NCBI GenBank assembly: GCA_052327205.1 | Contig: CM126205.1 | Location: forward strand, 245,892,001-245,956,000 | From: Somniosus microcephalus | Lineage: Eukaryota | DNA: 64,000 nucleotides | Reading direction: 5' to 3' | Shown: piece after piece, positions 60,601-64,000 of the stretch | How positions within the stretch are numbered: the stretch's first letter is position 1 | How the letters are laid out: every line of letters starts with the position of its first letter | Program-made: the position numbers and the translations under genes | Notes under the pieces: generated by a model | The model's database searches: none | Told to the model about the DNA's origin: nothing | What the model saw: only the letters and a program-made list of their open reading frames with translations

Positions 60601-62227
60601 TCTCTATCGGCCTGGCAAGGAGAATGTGGCCCCGGACACCCTCACACGGGCATTCTGCTCCACTATGTCATCCTCCACCCTCATGGATGTCCACAATGGT
60701 TTGTGCCATCCTGGCGTTACGCGCATGCTACATTTCGTACGATCACGGAATCTCCCTTTTTCCACTGGAGATGTAAAGAAAATATGCTCAGAATGCCGGC
60801 TTTGTGCGGAATTAAAACCTCAGTTCTTCCGCCCCTCAGATGGTATACTCATACATGCAACCCAACCGATGCAACGACTTAGCATCGATTTTAAGGGCCC
60901 AGTGCCCTCTTCAACTCGGAACACATATTTGCTCACCATGATCGACGAATATTCACGTTTTCCGTTTGCCTTCCCCTGCTCCAATATGCTGGCGTCCACA
61001 GTAATCTGCTGCCTTGAGCAGGTATTTTCTCTCTGTGGCATGCCGGCTTATATTCACTCAGATCGGGGTCCATCCTTTATGTCGAGGGAACTCAAGGACT
61101 ACCTCTCAGAACGGGGAATTGCTACAAGCAAAACAACACCATACCATCCCATCGGAAATGGGCAGGTAGAGAGGTATAACGGTATCATCTGGAATTCCGT
61201 ACGTCTCGCTTTAAGATCTCGGGGCCTACCAGACCAGCAATGGGAAACAGTGCTTCCAGATGCATTGCACTCTATACGGTCCCTGCTTTCTACAGCCACA
61301 AATACTACACCTCATGAGCGGTTCTTTGGATTCCAGCGTCGCTCATCTCATGGGACATCACTCCCGTCATGGCTAACTACTCCTGGACCTGTATTACTCC
61401 GAAGATACGTTCGGACGTCTAAAAATGACCCTCTTGTAGACGAGGTCGAACTAACCGATGCCAACCCCACCTATGCAAACATACGATATTCCGACGGCCG
61501 AGAATCTACCGTATCATTACGGGATCTGGCTCCCTGCCCACCAGGACCTAGTGGGACATCGGGTGATGGCATTTCACCAGGAAAGTCTTGGGACCTATCG
61601 GGTACCCCTCTCCAGGATCCTGATCGGACACCAACTAGCTTGGTGCCGGTAGAACCCCGTGCTCAAGGTTGCGACCCTCCCAGTACCACGCATGAAAGTA
61701 CTGGTCTGCCACAGACCAGCTCTGCACCTCCCTCTGAACAGAGGCAGTCTGACTTTGAACCTATTGGGGCTCGTACTCGAAGCCATGATCTCCCCGACCC
61801 TTCACAGGGCAATCCAGGCCACACGGACTCTGGCCAATGGCCAACCGCATGTAAGCGGACCAGCGACCCTCTACGACGGGAATCCAAACGGGTGCGACTC
61901 TTCCTTGTTCGGCGGCTGCGGACCAAAAGGTAGACCACAGCCTCCTAAACCTGCAGGAGGGAAGAATGTGATAAAAATAATAACTTCCGGGAAGTTATGT
62001 CATCACTTCCTGTGAACTGTGAACTATGAACTATGAACTGTGTACATACCTCACTTCCTGTCATGTGTCACTTCCTGTTGGACTGGTATAAATACTGGTC
62101 TGTTCAGTATTGTAAGAGGCTTCTACCAGAGGCATGGTAAAGACCTCTCTTGTATATAGTGTGTTTATAAGTTACTTAAAGCTTACTTTAAAGTTACTTG
62201 ATGGTAAGCCTCCTTTTTCTTACATCA
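57663..62227 (+). mobile_element. Very young Gypsy LTR retrotransposon D
   Basis: 261-bp LTRs 57663-57923 and 61967-62227 look identical by eye. Perfect TSD CTGTG and PPT AGGAGGGAAGAA; there is no TGG-type PBS. Confidence 0.95.
58006..61933 (+). CDS. Gypsy D gag-pol polyprotein, single +1 frameshift at the A7 run 60241-60247
   Basis: Zinc knuckles, LIDSGS protease, RT with YLDN, RNase H CDAS, and integrase HHCC plus SIDFKG...SDRG...QVER. Confidence 0.85.
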
Positions 62228-62739
62228 CTGTGCACGTTACAACATGGCACCGCGTCATGGCTTACAGATTCCTGAGGACCAAGTGGCTCCTCACATATCC
62301 TCCTCAGATGAGGAGGAGGAGGAGGAGAGTGAAAACGAACATCCTGCAGAGGCCCATCAACCGGCAGCAGCAGTACGCGACAACATAGCTGCCCGGGATG
62401 CAAGGAACACAATCATCTTGGCCAGATTTGCTTAGCCTAGCCACTCAAGCACTTTTGCCTCGCATCTTCTTATCTGAGCATCGACAATGGCCACGAATCA
62501 GCTGATTCCTAGCAATTTGACCACCATACTGACAATTGCAAGTAATCCTAAGCCCTCAACGTGGAAGTCCCATTCGCAAAATGACACACACCACAACTAC
62601 AGCAGTAGCCATCAGATTTTTTATGTACATGATTCATATGATGGCTTTTACACATAAAACATCAAATTTCACCCAAGTGACTACCCTTGTGACTATTTGT
62701 GCAGTATCTTTCTCTTACACGTGCTCCTACGTGGTGCTT

Positions 62740-63989
62740 CCCCTGTGGCTTCAGCAGATGTGAAGGCCCCTTGCTCAGTTTCTTGCTGCTACTGTCTTGA
62801 CACCTTTGGTGAGTGTCCTCTGGGGTGGCGAACCTGTGAGGGCTCATCAACAGTCTGCTGCTCCTGCAGCTGTGCAGGGGTTGAGACGCCGATCTCAGTT
62901 GGGTGTGGACTCTGGTGGGGCTCTGACCGCCCCACTTCTTTGATGTCTGCCACCAACTTCCCTCTCATGGGTCAGGTCTCCTCAGTGCTTGGAAGTGGCT
63001 TGACAGCACTTTGCTGCACACCAGGGGGGCCATGGGGACCTGTCTCTGCACTGGCAGTCCTACTCAGAGGGACTGCCATGAAGGTCTGGTTTCTCTGTTC
63101 AATAGCTGACCATCGCTCCTCCAGAGATGTCAGTCTATTCTGAACACTCACCATGTTTTCAACACTCTGGCGACTTAGCACCTCCATGGAGGTTGCCATC
63201 CTTTCCATGTTGATGCGTTCATGCGCCAATGACTCCATAAAAGGCTCTGCTCATGTTAGCGAGGGACTCCTCCATTCGCTCCACACTCGCAGCGACCCTG
63301 GAGACAAAACCTGCCAGAGACTCCTGCACCTTTTCCTGGAGTGCCATCAACGCTGATACTGTGGATGGACCCAGAGGCAGAGGGTCGACATGTAGCTGAG
63401 CCGAGCTGGCAGAGTCCTGCGCCCTCCGACTAGGACTCTCCACTGCTGTCCCTGTCTCCACAATCTGCTGATGCTCACTTGTGAGCTGTGATACACCAGG
63501 TGACAACACTACTCTCTGTCCCGAAGGTCCCACCGAGGTGTGAGTGTCTGTTCTGGTGCTGGGTGCGCTGAATTCTGCTGACGCTGCACCCTCAGAGGTT
63601 GCAGCTTCCTCTGAGGAGTCTGGAGGCTCAGCCTATTCCTCCTGGTTAGTGGGGATGGGTGCTTGCGATTGTCCTGTGGGGGAGTAAAGGAAAGAGTCAG
63701 AGATGTGATGCCAAGGTTACATGCACACTGCATATTGCAGATGATCATTAGTCCATCTGTTAGAGCTTCCGAAACATTATCAGCGACTCATGCAATGTCA
63801 ATGAGAGAAATGGAAAACTAATCTGTCACCAGCTTGGTGTGATGCACCCCTCTGTCCATCCCCCACTTGCACGTCATCCTCCACTCCTGCGATCTCCAGG
63901 ACCGCCTCCTCCCAGGGGGTGAGGTGGGCTACTGATGGCAGCCCTCCTCCTGTCCTCGCTCGTTCTCTTTTATTGTGAGCTCTCTGTTC
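62740..63989 (-). pseudogene. Myb/SANT partner gene of H4 (exon 63989-63830 and a decayed last exon from 63673)
   Basis: EQRAHNKRERARTGGG...LTPWEEAVL, with the same intron phases as the H3 Myb gene. There is a stop early in the last exon. Confidence 0.7.
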
Positions 63990-64000
63990 CTGCAATGAGG

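Larger units (their letters stand above)
56721..62435 (+). pseudogene. Harbinger H4 transposase (stop at 56946, deletion of the catalytic-Glu region near 57573, split by Gypsy D)
   Basis: GIVDGTH, PGSCHD, GDKGY and CLDRSGGALQY...VVVCC|..LHN. Confidence 0.85.
56231..64000 (+). mobile_element. Defective Harbinger H4 (runs off the window) with Gypsy D inserted
   Basis: Terminal GGGCAGGATTTTC, a transposase on + and convergent Myb-gene exons on -. Confidence 0.8.

Overview
Eukaryotic, AT-rich vertebrate DNA, most likely a cartilaginous fish (inferred from the CR1/L2/Tx1 LINE, Deu-domain SINE and Harbinger families present). Most of the window is deeply nested transposable elements. These include four Gypsy/Ty3 LTR retrotransposons (A 20028-28214, B 38771-48435, C 43301-48116 inside B, D 57663-62227) and a 1.3-kb solo LTR (5474-6785). 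There are two large CR1 LINEs (22586-25650 with an uninterrupted ORF2; 34849-53820 near full length), many LINE fragments, four Harbinger DNA transposons (one, 48639-53139, appears fully intact) and two Harbinger-like MITEs. A CpG-island promoter at about 14.1-14.4 kb probably drives an unidentified minus-strand host gene (candidate exons 11122-11339 and 1-107). Most interesting signals: (1) a U-UUA-AAC slippery site directly before the ORF1 stop in both large CR1s, with ORF2 in the -1 frame and no usable AUG in the intact copy, suggesting -1 ribosomal frameshifting in a LINE; (2) a very young Gypsy with no tRNA primer-binding site but a perfect 13-nt PBS complement inside its own LTR (candidate self-priming) and a YLDN RT active site; (3) a solo LTR with foamy-virus-like architecture; (4) an intact two-gene Harbinger; (5) a CR1 5' UTR built of 70-bp TATA+Inr+splice-donor monomers. 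All calls come from reading the sequence only; no database searches were run.
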